Source: a virus
DNA length: 64,000 nucleotides
Strand: one strand, 5' to 3'
IMG/VR virus record: IMGVR_UViG_3300023110_001595
Coordinates: 11,783 to 75,782 of that record
Positions 9,611 to 19,967 of the stretch are shown here, in pieces (within the stretch, counting starts at the first letter, position 1; the number at the start of each line of letters is the position of its first letter). Made by a program: the position numbers and the translations under genes. The notes under the pieces are model-generated. The model was not told where the DNA came from. It saw only the letters and a program-made list of their open reading frames with translations, and ran no database searches.

Positions 9611-10552
9611 ATGAGACAAATTATTGATAATGCTATAATCTGGATGAAAGAAAATTATCCAGATCGTACAAATGAATATGAAAAGTGTTATAGAGATTTA
9701 GAGTATATATGCAATGCTATTGAGAAAGACTGCATAAACGATACCACCGATCATATTACAAGAATAGGTAATATGTTTTGGCAAGATGATATACGAATGG
9801 TAGAAACTTATGAAGTAGAAATAGCAACGTACAAATTTTTATTAAACGAGTATTCAAAACGTAAAAACGAAGAAACATTTTCAAAAGTAAAACGTAGTAT
9901 CGATAAATTAATACACATTGTAGAGCATGGTATATCTGCAGATTCTGCTTGGCACAAAATAGTCAATGCAAGTAAAAATGCAAATCACTGTCAACGTAAT
10001 TGGTTTTTCGGAAAACAAATTCCAAGCACTACTGTAGATAGTCTAATTCACGTTGCAACCAATATGCCTACTAAACAAAATTTGGAACTTTATAGATTAA
10101 TAGTATCAACTAACAGAGATTTAAACCATAGTTTATACCAATTATCTATATCAGAAGACGGAACTCCAAAGAATCGTAATTCTCAAATTGATGCTAACGT
10201 TGTCTTTGTATATTGTATAAACACAGAATACGATTCAAAAAATTCAATTGATTTAGATCTAGCAGGTGCCAAATTACATTATGCAATAGGAATAAGCTCA
10301 GGTGCTGTATCATTAGCTGCCAATCAAATGGGATTACGAACAGGATTTTGCCAATGTTATTTAGGAACAAGGGTAAGAGATTTACTCATTAGTAAAGGAG
10401 TTGATTTAAAAGAAACTGATCTTCCTGAACTAATGCTAGGCATAGGTATACCTAATGTAAAATATAAATGGACAGATGTTGTAAAACGTGATAACATTAT
10501 TAACGAGATCGAACCTCATTTCAAAAATGTAACAGTAAACCTAATTAATTAA
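9611..10552 (+). CDS. Nitroreductase-family flavoprotein with N-terminal helical KCxRD domain
   Basis: C-terminal HCQRNW..ATNMPTKQN..IGISSGAVSLAANQMGLRTGFC..LMLGIG; N-terminal YEKCYRDLEYI. Confidence 0.7.
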   Translation: MRQIIDNAIIWMKENYPDRTNEYEKCYRDLEYICNAIEKDCINDTTDHITRIGNMFWQDDIRMVETYEVEIATYKFLLNEYSKRKNEETFSKVKRSIDKLIHIVEHGISADSAWHKIVNASKNANHCQRNWFFGKQIPSTTVDSLIHVATNMPTKQNLELYRLIVSTNRDLNHSLYQLSISEDGTPKNRNSQIDANVVFVYCINTEYDSKNSIDLDLAGAKLHYAIGISSGAVSLAANQMGLRTGFCQCYLGTRVRDLLISKGVDLKETDLPELMLGIGIPNVKYKWTDVVKRDNIINEIEPHFKNVTVNLIN

Positions 10553-11338
10553 TTGGTTAAAATATGATTCAAAGTATTTTTTGATTAATTTTGTCCAAAC
10601 TTTTTGATGTAAATGATATCCATCGGGATAAATGAAAACATTTTTTCTAATATTTTCATCGTCGGGTTTGAAATTATAAAGCTCACAAACTTTATGATCA
10701 AGCGTAAAATTACCTATTGTTTTAAAATTGTGTAAAGAAAATTCTCTTTGCACTCTAGTTTCATATATTATATCATTATCTACACTGAACCATATTACTT
10801 GATGTCCAAACATTTTTATTAATGCATTTATTGCTAAAAGTTTAGAAATTTGTTCTTCGGCTTCCATTCTTCTGTCAGACATTGTTTTAACACGAAGTAT
10901 ACTTTTTATTGTTTTTTTATCTATTTCTAAATCTTCGCCGTTCCATAATTTACTGATGCCATAGTAACAAATATATTTTTCCCATACACCGCGATCTTCT
11001 GTTCCTAAAATACTTTGATCACTCCAAAACCCTGGCAAACCGTCTACCATGTCCCATTCTTTATATTCTAACAAATTCTTTCTATAATAATCTTGATATC
11101 TTCCTATAGTAGGTATTTCAGCAAATATTAAACATTTTTCTTTTTTATGTTTATTCATTATACCGTGCATACGAGAAAAATAACTTTCTATACCTAGTGC
11201 ATATATCCCATAATTACTAAATTCTACATCATAATTATCAGTTACAAATGTTCCCATTGTATTCCATCTAGGAACTGTATGGCTTGTTCCAAATAATATT
11301 ACTCTATTAAAATTTTCCAAACGCCCAATACCTTTCAT
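10541..11338 (-). CDS. SGNH/GDSL-like protein
   Basis: LFGTSHT, NYG and C-terminal DGYH (DxxH). Confidence 0.5.
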   Translation of the reverse strand: MKGIGRLENFNRVILFGTSHTVPRWNTMGTFVTDNYDVEFSNYGIYALGIESYFSRMHGIMNKHKKEKCLIFAEIPTIGRYQDYYRKNLLEYKEWDMVDGLPGFWSDQSILGTEDRGVWEKYICYYGISKLWNGEDLEIDKKTIKSILRVKTMSDRRMEAEEQISKLLAINALIKMFGHQVIWFSVDNDIIYETRVQREFSLHNFKTIGNFTLDHKVCELYNFKPDDENIRKNVFIYPDGYHLHQKVWTKLIKKYFESYFNQLIN

Positions 11339-11957
11339 GGCACCACCAACAATCTTTACAAGGTTTTGTAAAATCCTCGGTCACATCCTTCCATCCTTCG
11401 CAACTTCTTGTAATTGGAAAAAGACTATCTAAAATACCATATTTTTTGTATTTTTCAGCAAGTTTATCTTTAGTTAATTTTCCGTAGGGCAAATAAAGTG
11501 CGGGTTGGATAAAATCAAAGAATAAACGTTTTCCTTCTTTTCGATCAGGTACAGGACAGGTTTCAACAATATCTATAGTTTTATTATCAATTACAACTAC
11601 GGCGTCTTTGACCGGAGCCATACTAACTGCATTCATTTGTAAATCAATATTGTATTTTTTATAAATTTCTGTTTGAGCTTTATCAAAAAAATCTTTTTGT
11701 GGTGCTGGTACATAATGGATATGATGTTTTACTATTAGATTATTGTTAAAATAATTACTTATAAATCGAACAACATTAGCAGCAACAGCACTATTCCAAT
11801 TTTGTTTCAAAGAATGCGAAAGAGTGAGAACGTGTATATCCTTTTTATATGAATTATCAACACAAGTTTTTACCAATTCAAATAGCATAAGCGAACTATC
11901 TGCGCCACCACTACAATTTACTAAAATGTTATTGTAATCTTTAATATAATTATTCAC
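11307..11957 (-). CDS. QueC-like PP-loop ATPase (paralogue 2)
   Basis: SGGADS and TRSCEG..PCKDCWWCHER. Confidence 0.8.
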   Translation of the reverse strand: MNNYIKDYNNILVNCSGGADSSLMLFELVKTCVDNSYKKDIHVLTLSHSLKQNWNSAVAANVVRFISNYFNNNLIVKHHIHYVPAPQKDFFDKAQTEIYKKYNIDLQMNAVSMAPVKDAVVVIDNKTIDIVETCPVPDRKEGKRLFFDFIQPALYLPYGKLTKDKLAEKYKKYGILDSLFPITRSCEGWKDVTEDFTKPCKDCWWCHERYWAFGKF

Positions 11958-12672
11958 GCCATTTTCCTAAATTGTATCCTGGATACTTTTCAGCAATCAT
12001 ATCAAAAACAAGTTTTGCAACTAACTTATTTCCTTTGCCATTCATATGCATACCTTTGTCTAAAACAAAAGTATCTGGAAATCCAAGAGTTTCTTCTATA
12101 CTTGTACAATTATTATGTTTATTTTTATTGAACCAAGAAAACGTAATATTATCAATTCCTATGTTATCAAGTATTACATCTCCCGCCATAAGAAATGCTC
12201 TATCATATTGTTCCATTACTTCATGGTGTGTATGTTTATAATATGACGTATGTAATTTTTGTTTTGTTCTTTCATTATATAATTTGCTTTGTAGGCCATT
12301 TGTTGTGCTTGTAAATATGCACAAATGAGGATTATAATACTTTCTATGCATTGCATAATATCTTACATCAATTCCTATCATCCAATTAAGCAAATTATTT
12401 TCAAATTCTATGTTAGGGTTTACATAATGATGTCTATAAGGAGTTGTAATTTGTCTAATTATAATGTCTGGTTTAATTTTATAAATTGCTCTTTCCATAA
12501 GTCGATAAGCAAGGAAATTACTACCTCCTCCTATTCCTAAATTAAACACTTTTGAATTAGGTATTAGTTGCTGCAATTGATAAGGATAAGTTTCTTTATG
12601 AGTACGAATACCAGTACAAAACCCATCTGTATAACTACATCCTACACACACTATTTTCATTTTATATTCCAC
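11950..12672 (-). CDS. SGNH/GDSL-like hydrolase or acyltransferase
   Basis: VGCSYTDG, NLGIGGGSN and DKGMHMN. The start may be the ATG at 12660. Confidence 0.7.
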   Translation of the reverse strand: MEYKMKIVCVGCSYTDGFCTGIRTHKETYPYQLQQLIPNSKVFNLGIGGGSNFLAYRLMERAIYKIKPDIIIRQITTPYRHHYVNPNIEFENNLLNWMIGIDVRYYAMHRKYYNPHLCIFTSTTNGLQSKLYNERTKQKLHTSYYKHTHHEVMEQYDRAFLMAGDVILDNIGIDNITFSWFNKNKHNNCTSIEETLGFPDTFVLDKGMHMNGKGNKLVAKLVFDMIAEKYPGYNLGKWRE

Positions 12673-13690
12673 ATTTTTCCGAACACAATGGTAATAATCT
12701 TCTCTTAAAGTTTCTTGGTAAGTCTTTTTGAAAAAAGGTATTACTTAATACTTCTAGCATACTATGATGATTTAAATTATTAAAGTTTTCACCATAAAGT
12801 TCTATTTTTTCATCTAACCAGCCAAATCTTCTGCGATCATCTGGTCTTCCTGTGTGCATACTAAAATAACAACAAGGCCAGACTTCTCCCATTTGGTTAA
12901 TTTGTATACGTGATAAGCGTGTCCAAGGACAAGGACTTTTTCTTTTCATTTGTTCTGCTGTTACAACTTCAATTAATGGTATAGAATCATCAAACCATTC
13001 AACACTTTTTCGTAGTCTATCAACTTTCAAAGATTTAGGAGCAGTAATTTCTCCTGCTGGCATACCTTTATACTCCATTACAGGTATGTAAGTGTCAAAA
13101 CTTCTGTTCAATACAAATTCAATGAAGCCCATTTTTTTTGCTCTAGCACTTGCCTCTTCAATTTGATGTATATTATGATCAAAAACAATCATTCTCCAAC
13201 GTGCGAGTCCACCAGCGTCTATATATGCCTTTGCATTTTTCATAACAGCGTCAAAATTTACACCACGTCTGTATATGTGATTAGTATCTTCTAATCCATC
13301 AACACTAAATGTTACTACAGAAGCAGGAATCTTTTGTGTGACAATTGCTAAATTACGCCAAAAATTTTCAAACCTTGCGCCGCCGTTGGTATGAATGTTT
13401 AATCTAACTTTTTCTCCTGCCACAGAATACAAATATTCTAACATTTGTATAAATTTTGGATGACTAGATATGTCGCCAAAGTTTCCATTAAAGCTAATCT
13501 TTGCAGTATTTGTTTCCGCTGCAAAATCACAAATTTTTTGCCAAACTTTTTCATCTATGTGTTGTAACTTAACAAAAGGACTTACAGGGCCTCCTTGTAC
13601 GTTTCTAATACAGGCGCCGCAAAAACTATTACAATAACTTGTTACATCTACTTGAATTTCGAAAACATTGTAAGGGTCTATCGCTTGCAT
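12662..13690 (-). CDS. Radical SAM enzyme with C-terminal Twitch/SPASM domain (subfamily B)
   Basis: CNSFCGAC, GNFGD, TNGG, FSVDGL.DTNHIYR and CPW..GEVWPCC..C..C. Confidence 0.9.
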   Translation of the reverse strand: MQAIDPYNVFEIQVDVTSYCNSFCGACIRNVQGGPVSPFVKLQHIDEKVWQKICDFAAETNTAKISFNGNFGDISSHPKFIQMLEYLYSVAGEKVRLNIHTNGGARFENFWRNLAIVTQKIPASVVTFSVDGLEDTNHIYRRGVNFDAVMKNAKAYIDAGGLARWRMIVFDHNIHQIEEASARAKKMGFIEFVLNRSFDTYIPVMEYKGMPAGEITAPKSLKVDRLRKSVEWFDDSIPLIEVVTAEQMKRKSPCPWTRLSRIQINQMGEVWPCCYFSMHTGRPDDRRRFGWLDEKIELYGENFNNLNHHSMLEVLSNTFFQKDLPRNFKRRLLPLCSEKCGI

Positions 13691-14827
13691 TTATTCCAAA
13701 TGACCTTCCATTACCTTATTGTAGTTTTCTTCATACTTACTTTTTGGTGCGCACAAACCACAACCACAAGTGTGTTTGGGACATATAATTGTAGGCAAAG
13801 TGTTGTTGTTCATTTTTTCTTTTAGATCTGCTAAAATTTTATCGCCATCACTAATTTTACCAATAGGACCTCTAGTTTGATCAAAGCGGGCCTGGCAAGT
13901 TTGGTGGTGATAAACACTATCTGTTTGTTGTTCAAGATGTAAAAAGAAATAATTTACACTACAATGCCATCCTTTGAATTCTCTTAGATCAACAAAGGTG
14001 CTTTTACGACTTTCGCCGTTCAAACTCAAGCACATTTCTCTACTTCCGCAACAAGGACGTCCGATTGTCATACCTAGTTTTTTCTTTTCACTGGTTTTTT
14101 CTCCAGCAGCACTTAGAACAGCAGCTTCTTCTTTTGTTTCATTTAATTCTGCATTTTTATATGTCCAATAATTTTTCATATAATCTAATTGTTCATCAGT
14201 GTACATATGCGCAAAGTTACTTTTACTGTCTGGCTCTTCACCAATAATTCTTGGAACGTATTTTACACCTAAATCGTGTAGATAATAACACAAATCTTTA
14301 CATTCGTCAAAATACGCAGCGTGAAACATTACATTACAACTAATACTAAAATCTGCATCATGAAATTGTTTTATTCTATCACGTACTTGTTGTTTAAGTT
14401 TGTTATCACTTTCTGCGTGATAGCTAACTGTAATGTGTCCTAAATTTTCCATTACTGCATCAGCCATTTTTGCGCTCATTGCACCATTACTTGTAAGTGC
14501 AAAACCACAAGCCCATTTATCTTGATACTTAGCTTCGTATTCTTCTTTTAAATATTTTACAAAAGGAATAAAATTTGGATTTACAGTGGGTTCGCCGCCT
14601 GTAAAACTTATACTTGTGTGTTTATAAGTACGTTTTTCCATATAAGTGTCAATATATTCAAATAAGAAATCTACAGCACTTTTAAGTTCATCTAAACTAG
14701 CGTGAGGACTAAAGTTATCGTGCCTATGTGCAGGACAATAACTACAATCGTAATTGCAACGTCTGCCTAAATCCCAAGTAACTTGGAAAACTTTGCCTGT
14801 TAATAAATCAACTGTATCAAAACTCAT
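13691..14827 (-). CDS. Radical SAM enzyme with Cys-rich C-terminus (subfamily A)
   Basis: CNYDCSYC, TGGEPT, RPCCGSREMC and FKGWHC..C..CPKHTCGCGLC. Confidence 0.9.
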   Translation of the reverse strand: MSFDTVDLLTGKVFQVTWDLGRRCNYDCSYCPAHRHDNFSPHASLDELKSAVDFLFEYIDTYMEKRTYKHTSISFTGGEPTVNPNFIPFVKYLKEEYEAKYQDKWACGFALTSNGAMSAKMADAVMENLGHITVSYHAESDNKLKQQVRDRIKQFHDADFSISCNVMFHAAYFDECKDLCYYLHDLGVKYVPRIIGEEPDSKSNFAHMYTDEQLDYMKNYWTYKNAELNETKEEAAVLSAAGEKTSEKKKLGMTIGRPCCGSREMCLSLNGESRKSTFVDLREFKGWHCSVNYFFLHLEQQTDSVYHHQTCQARFDQTRGPIGKISDGDKILADLKEKMNNNTLPTIICPKHTCGCGLCAPKSKYEENYNKVMEGHLE

Positions 14828-16140
14828 TAAATATAATCCTTAAATATAGGTTCCACATCAAGTAAACTTTCAGCTCTAATTTTATCTAAAGTATCGGTAT
14901 ACTGTTTAAAATAATCCCAATGCTCATTATGATAGCTTTCGCTTGACATATAACTTATTACGCTGTTGCGTATATCTTTTGCTTTATTTTTAGTGTTTTC
15001 AGGAAAATCTGAAGTTTCGATCCAATCAATAAATCCGTCAAAATTTTCTGTAACTTTGTTTTTCAGTTCATCTGGTAGCACACGGATATTTAAGTGTTTA
15101 GGATGATGTGCCATATGGAAAGTGATAATAGGTTTACTTTTAAAACAGTTCAGTTTTTTGAAATTACTTTCTGTAAGTTTCCATTTCATAAAATCTACCA
15201 TATGGTTTACATTGTATGCTGTTACTGTAAATGCTAACCAAGCAATAATATTCGGAGATGATGCATCTAAACTATATAAATTTTTTAATAACTTGCTCCA
15301 TTTGGCCGGATTTCGTTGATATTCCAATACTTTACCCATTCCATCTATACTAGCACCTACTCTAACTTGTTTAAATTGCTTCCACATATCAATTACTCTT
15401 GGAGGCAATGTGCTCATATTTGTATTATATTCCACAATAATATTTTTAGCGTTATCTGTTTCAATACAATGTTCTAGAAAATCATAATGTCTATCAATCA
15501 ACATAGGCTCTCCGCCGGCAAAGTATACGTGCTCAATGTTTTCAACATTTTTATATAATTGTTGCCAAAAACTTTCGTTGTGAACCCAATTATACGCATC
15601 GGATACTAGTTTATTGCCTTTACGGTATATTTGCACCTCGCCACTGGTTTCTTTATATGTTGTTTTACCAGTTAGCTTTTCCCAATCTTCATACCAAGTG
15701 TCACTATCGGTAGGACCACACATACGACATTTTAAATTACAGAAGTTTCCAAAACGCAAATCGTAATATTGAACAGGATTTTCATCAGTATCGATAGTGC
15801 CATCTTCATTAGTTATACTTTTTGCTATATCAAACGTAAAATTAGGCCAGTTTTTTTCTTCGTATTTGCGTCTACTGTTTAATCCGTTAAGTTCTTCGTT
15901 TTTACAACGTCCGCATTCATCGCTCCATACACCATTCAACATATTAAGTCTAACATTTTTCATAAGTTCGGCATTACGTGCTTCATTTAGATCATCTATG
16001 CCAACATTATAAGCAGTACCATCTTCTTTTCGTATTACGCCTTGATTTTTTGTTATGTTGGCCTGACAACATATTCTAATATCTCCATTGCTTCTTGCTG
16101 CTTGGAATATCCAAGGTATAGGACAAAATGTTTCTGTCAT
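14827..16140 (-). CDS. Radical SAM enzyme with N-terminal Twitch domain (subfamily C)
   Basis: N-terminal CPIPW..GDIRICC..CGRC, then CNLKCRMC and FAGGEP. Confidence 0.9.
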   Translation of the reverse strand: MTETFCPIPWIFQAARSNGDIRICCQANITKNQGVIRKEDGTAYNVGIDDLNEARNAELMKNVRLNMLNGVWSDECGRCKNEELNGLNSRRKYEEKNWPNFTFDIAKSITNEDGTIDTDENPVQYYDLRFGNFCNLKCRMCGPTDSDTWYEDWEKLTGKTTYKETSGEVQIYRKGNKLVSDAYNWVHNESFWQQLYKNVENIEHVYFAGGEPMLIDRHYDFLEHCIETDNAKNIIVEYNTNMSTLPPRVIDMWKQFKQVRVGASIDGMGKVLEYQRNPAKWSKLLKNLYSLDASSPNIIAWLAFTVTAYNVNHMVDFMKWKLTESNFKKLNCFKSKPIITFHMAHHPKHLNIRVLPDELKNKVTENFDGFIDWIETSDFPENTKNKAKDIRNSVISYMSSESYHNEHWDYFKQYTDTLDKIRAESLLDVEPIFKDYI

Positions 16141-17285
16141 TAAAATAACTCCGGGGTAATCAATGGTTCAAGTTTTTCCCATAATTCTTGATTTTTATCC
16201 ATCCAATGTTCGTTTCTAATCTTATTAAGCTGACTATCGTTGCGCACAAATAGCCCAAAATCTCCTGGTGTTTGCATTTCATTAATTAACAGTTTAAATA
16301 TTTTTCTATATTGAACAGGATATTTACTTTGCTTTTCTTCTATGTAATTTAAAATCCAAGATTTTAACGATTCTGGTAAATGGCGTGACCGCATCCATTC
16401 CGGACCGTCAACAACTACGCATTCATGCCATAGTTTTTCTTCTATACAAAAATCAATAATTTCGTGTATTTTGTTTATATTGTAAATACTTATTGCACTA
16501 TGAACATTTATATTGTCAAAATGTTTTTTGTACCATTGAATGTTATTATATACATTTTCCCAATCACTATCCTTACGTAAAAAATCATTCAATCTACCAT
16601 AACTATCAATACTTAAATCAATGTTTACTTTTTTACAGTTTTTAAGTAATTGTAATAGTTTTTCATTAGGAACAATTGATGCATTTGTAACTAATAAAAT
16701 AGTGATATTTTCAATAGTGCATTTATTAAGAACTTTTATCAACTTTTCTTGCTCCATCATGGGCTCACCGCCTAATACTTTGATGAAACGTAAATCACTC
16801 AGATCATATTCGTCAACGATAGTGTTATCTGTAATAACACCACGTGGTATTTCAATTCCTAATTTCTTTGCATCACTATACCAATGTGTACTTAATTGCG
16901 GAATACACATTCTACATTTGTTATTACAAACATTAGATAGTGCTAAATCAATGTTTGTCAATTTTTTAATTTTTCCTCTACCTTCTTCTACCGAAGGTAA
17001 ACCAAAATCACTTGTCCAAGGAGAAATTAAATCTAATCTCATACTCCTTGCACTGTGTTTTTCATCTTCGTAACATTTCTTACAACCGTGAACATACTCG
17101 TCATTGAGCATTTTTTGTCGCAACCAATTCATATACTCGTGATTAAATGGATCAGGATGTGCTACATTAAGATCTTTAGGAACTTCATCTTGTTCAAACA
17201 CACAGCAAGGAAATATTTGTCCATCAGGACGCATTGCCATATGATGAAATGGCATAACACAAGCATATTTTGGTGGTTTATCCAT
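16140..17285 (-). CDS. Radical SAM enzyme with N-terminal Twitch domain (subfamily C)
   Basis: CVMPF..GQIFPCC..CKKC, CNNKCRMC and LGGEP. Start placed at the ATG overlapping the upstream stop. Confidence 0.9.
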   Translation of the reverse strand: MDKPPKYACVMPFHHMAMRPDGQIFPCCVFEQDEVPKDLNVAHPDPFNHEYMNWLRQKMLNDEYVHGCKKCYEDEKHSARSMRLDLISPWTSDFGLPSVEEGRGKIKKLTNIDLALSNVCNNKCRMCIPQLSTHWYSDAKKLGIEIPRGVITDNTIVDEYDLSDLRFIKVLGGEPMMEQEKLIKVLNKCTIENITILLVTNASIVPNEKLLQLLKNCKKVNIDLSIDSYGRLNDFLRKDSDWENVYNNIQWYKKHFDNINVHSAISIYNINKIHEIIDFCIEEKLWHECVVVDGPEWMRSRHLPESLKSWILNYIEEKQSKYPVQYRKIFKLLINEMQTPGDFGLFVRNDSQLNKIRNEHWMDKNQELWEKLEPLITPELF

Positions 17286-17832
17286 TCCAATATTCCGGTT
17301 GCATTGGATCAATACTTAATTCATTAATGTTTAAATGTTTAGGAGTATCAACAATCCATTTGATGTATTCAGCAGCCGCATCAATATCCATACATTTTCT
17401 ATCAGGATGCTTTTGTTGATTATTACTTAGTGTGCCAAAACTGATATAACTGATTTTTGGTCCACTTGCCCAAACACCTGTTAGCCCTAATGTGTTTGAA
17501 TAATCTCGCAATGCCTTCTTTTCTGCATTGTACAGCCAAGCACCGCCTTTTTTTACTCTATCTGTTGTACTACCTATATTGATAATATGACAGTTATGCT
17601 TTACTAACACACATTTTTTGTAAACAATGTCTAACAAACTGGTTTGATTAAACCTAAACAAAGCACTACAATTAACAAAAACGTCATGTTCTAGTACTGC
17701 TTCTGCACATCGTTCCATATCTAACTTTTTACCGAAATCGTATCCAGTTTCTCTACTGATGAATTCTGCATCAGGATAAATTTTTGCCAATGCAGCAGCT
17801 ACTCCAAAGTCTTTATTACCTGTTATAATCAT
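17278..17832 (-). CDS. Short SDR-like oxidoreductase
   Basis: IITG..FGVAAAL Rossmann start, VNCSA, IINIGS and YxxxK (YNAEK). Confidence 0.7.
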   Translation of the reverse strand: MIITGNKDFGVAAALAKIYPDAEFISRETGYDFGKKLDMERCAEAVLEHDVFVNCSALFRFNQTSLLDIVYKKCVLVKHNCHIINIGSTTDRVKKGGAWLYNAEKKALRDYSNTLGLTGVWASGPKISYISFGTLSNNQQKHPDRKCMDIDAAAEYIKWIVDTPKHLNINELSIDPMQPEYWNG

Positions 17833-18646
17833 TTATTTCCCTTATTACACTACCTACACGTTTATTTGCCCATTCACGTTCTTCGCACCACCAGCATTGT
17901 TTGCATTCCGGTATGTACATACCTACTTTGTAATCTTTAAAATGCCCACAAGCGTCTTTTACAATGTCGTGATGATTTATATCACCTTCGCAACTGCGTG
18001 TAATCTTATATAAATCTAATATATTGTGTATATAATACTGTGCTACAATCCAATCTTTTTTTACAAATCTAAAAGGATGCACAAATGTTGCATTTACCTT
18101 GCCGCTGTAAAACCATAAATCAGTTAATTGTCCATCTTCTGCATCTTTGTCTCTGTTGGTCATACGATCTTCACGCAAATCATCAGGATTTTTACTAGTT
18201 GCATTGTACACTGCATCCAAGTTGTATTCCCAAGCAGCAAATTTATTAAAACTACCAACAATAATTTGGTCTCCGCTGCGTCCGTCTATTACAGGACCAA
18301 TGACTCCGTGTTCTAATTCTGGAGGAATGTAGGTTGTATATCTGTTTTCAATAATATAAGGAAACAAGTCATTTAGTTTATCAAAAACTTGCATAGAAAT
18401 ATAACCTTGCCAAGGTCTTGTTTCCCAACAACGTTGATATGTGATAATATCGACTTTAGTATTCAAATTATATCTTTGTATCATACTGCAAAGCAAGTAT
18501 GTAAGTAATGCACTATCTGCTCCACCGCTGAGATTTACACCGATACGTTGCCATTTTCCGTCTATAGGAATACTCAAATGCGACACAGTGTGTAACAAAA
18601 CATTATCAGCAATATTTTTATACAAGCTATTGTTTACTTCATACAT
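17816..18646 (-). CDS. QueC-like PP-loop ATPase (paralogue 3)
   Basis: LSGGADS and TRSCEGD..ECKQCWWCEER. Confidence 0.8.
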   Translation of the reverse strand: MYEVNNSLYKNIADNVLLHTVSHLSIPIDGKWQRIGVNLSGGADSALLTYLLCSMIQRYNLNTKVDIITYQRCWETRPWQGYISMQVFDKLNDLFPYIIENRYTTYIPPELEHGVIGPVIDGRSGDQIIVGSFNKFAAWEYNLDAVYNATSKNPDDLREDRMTNRDKDAEDGQLTDLWFYSGKVNATFVHPFRFVKKDWIVAQYYIHNILDLYKITRSCEGDINHHDIVKDACGHFKDYKVGMYIPECKQCWWCEEREWANKRVGSVIREINDYNR

Positions 18647-19967
18647 TATAAACTAATTCTCCGTCTACGAACTTAAAACGTTGTATATGATCATTGAAGT
18701 TTTGATTCCACAATAAATCTGATTTAGGAATATATTTTAACAGGGCTTGATAATCTTTATTTGTGGCTTGGTGTTTCATAACATATTCACGCACTTGCTC
18801 AATGGCTTGCAATGCACTGGTAATATCCGTCCACCATCCGTATTTTATTTCTTCATCCCAAACATAATTATACATTTCTTTGGTTGTAAGTATGTTTCTT
18901 CTACGTTCTTTATCTAATTTAATTACTGCATTCCTTGCATTCTCAATTTCATTAAGTGTCGGTCCTCTGTATTTTAACATCATTACACTAGGATTTAAAT
19001 ACGCAGGTGTATAAACAATGCTGCAATTTATATAATCTAATTCAAGCGACAAAAACCCACGCATAACATCTTCAAATTCCATCAACTGATATACACTTGT
19101 AGTACATACCAAGTTTATATGACTGTGCTTATTATCAACTGCTTTGAATTTTTCTATGTTTTCTTTTAACTTGTTCCAATCTCCTTGTCTAAAGTATGGA
19201 TACAGTCGAGGTCCTGCATCTACACTTATCATTATATTACAATATCCAAATTTTTTCAAGAGAAAACTTAGGGCTTCTGGATCAAAATCTGCATTAAAAT
19301 TGCTGTGGAATATAATTTTTATGTTTTCAGCATTTGGGTGTTCACTAAGTTTTTCTAGTGTGGGCAAAAATTGCTTTTGATACAGCACTTCGCCGCCTGC
19401 AAAATCAATTCGTTCCAAGTTAGGAAAGTTTTTGTTTAAATCTTCGGCTATTTCTAATGCACGTTTGGTGCTGATTTGCATTGTAAAATCATCATCAACA
19501 GATGATCTGTGCATACGTCCGGTAAGTTGATGTAATTGGTGTTTGTAATCATCATCATCAGGTTCATATCCTTTGAGTTTCTTCATCCAACCACTACTAA
19601 ACACTTGACTGCAATGCAAACAAGCCATGTTACAACTGTGACTAAAACGTATTTCTACTGTTTTGAGGCCTGCAAAATCTACTTCACCTGTTTCTGGATT
19701 GTAATATTTGAGATCTGCTTCCTGTTCTTGGCGCATACTTTTGCCAGCTCGATCTCTTTCAACGTGTTCGCACATATCACAGCCTACGCTCCACTCACCA
19801 CGCATCATTTCCAGTCTATGTTTGCGGAATAGTTCGTTGTTATAGAACTCGCTGGGCAACCAAGCATCATCTAAAATTTGCATTTTTTCGTGCTGCTGCG
19901 GACAACTTGTTACAAAGCCGTTTTTAAAGTTTAATCCACCTATTGTATAGTAACAAGGTAAGCTCAT
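18639..19967 (-). CDS. Radical SAM enzyme with N-terminal Twitch domain (subfamily C)
   Basis: PCYY..TSCP..CDMC, CNMACLHC and FAGGE. Start at an ATGA overlap (19967). Confidence 0.88.
   Translation of the reverse strand: MSLPCYYTIGGLNFKNGFVTSCPQQHEKMQILDDAWLPSEFYNNELFRKHRLEMMRGEWSVGCDMCEHVERDRAGKSMRQEQEADLKYYNPETGEVDFAGLKTVEIRFSHSCNMACLHCSQVFSSGWMKKLKGYEPDDDDYKHQLHQLTGRMHRSSVDDDFTMQISTKRALEIAEDLNKNFPNLERIDFAGGEVLYQKQFLPTLEKLSEHPNAENIKIIFHSNFNADFDPEALSFLLKKFGYCNIMISVDAGPRLYPYFRQGDWNKLKENIEKFKAVDNKHSHINLVCTTSVYQLMEFEDVMRGFLSLELDYINCSIVYTPAYLNPSVMMLKYRGPTLNEIENARNAVIKLDKERRRNILTTKEMYNYVWDEEIKYGWWTDITSALQAIEQVREYVMKHQATNKDYQALLKYIPKSDLLWNQNFNDHIQRFKFVDGELVYNV

Noticed and set aside
7791-14827. 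Viperin-like identity for the CNYxCSYC radical SAM genes (7791, 13691)
   Set aside because: The similarity is limited to the generic Cys motif; both have extra Cys-rich C-terminal domains that are not typical of viperins.
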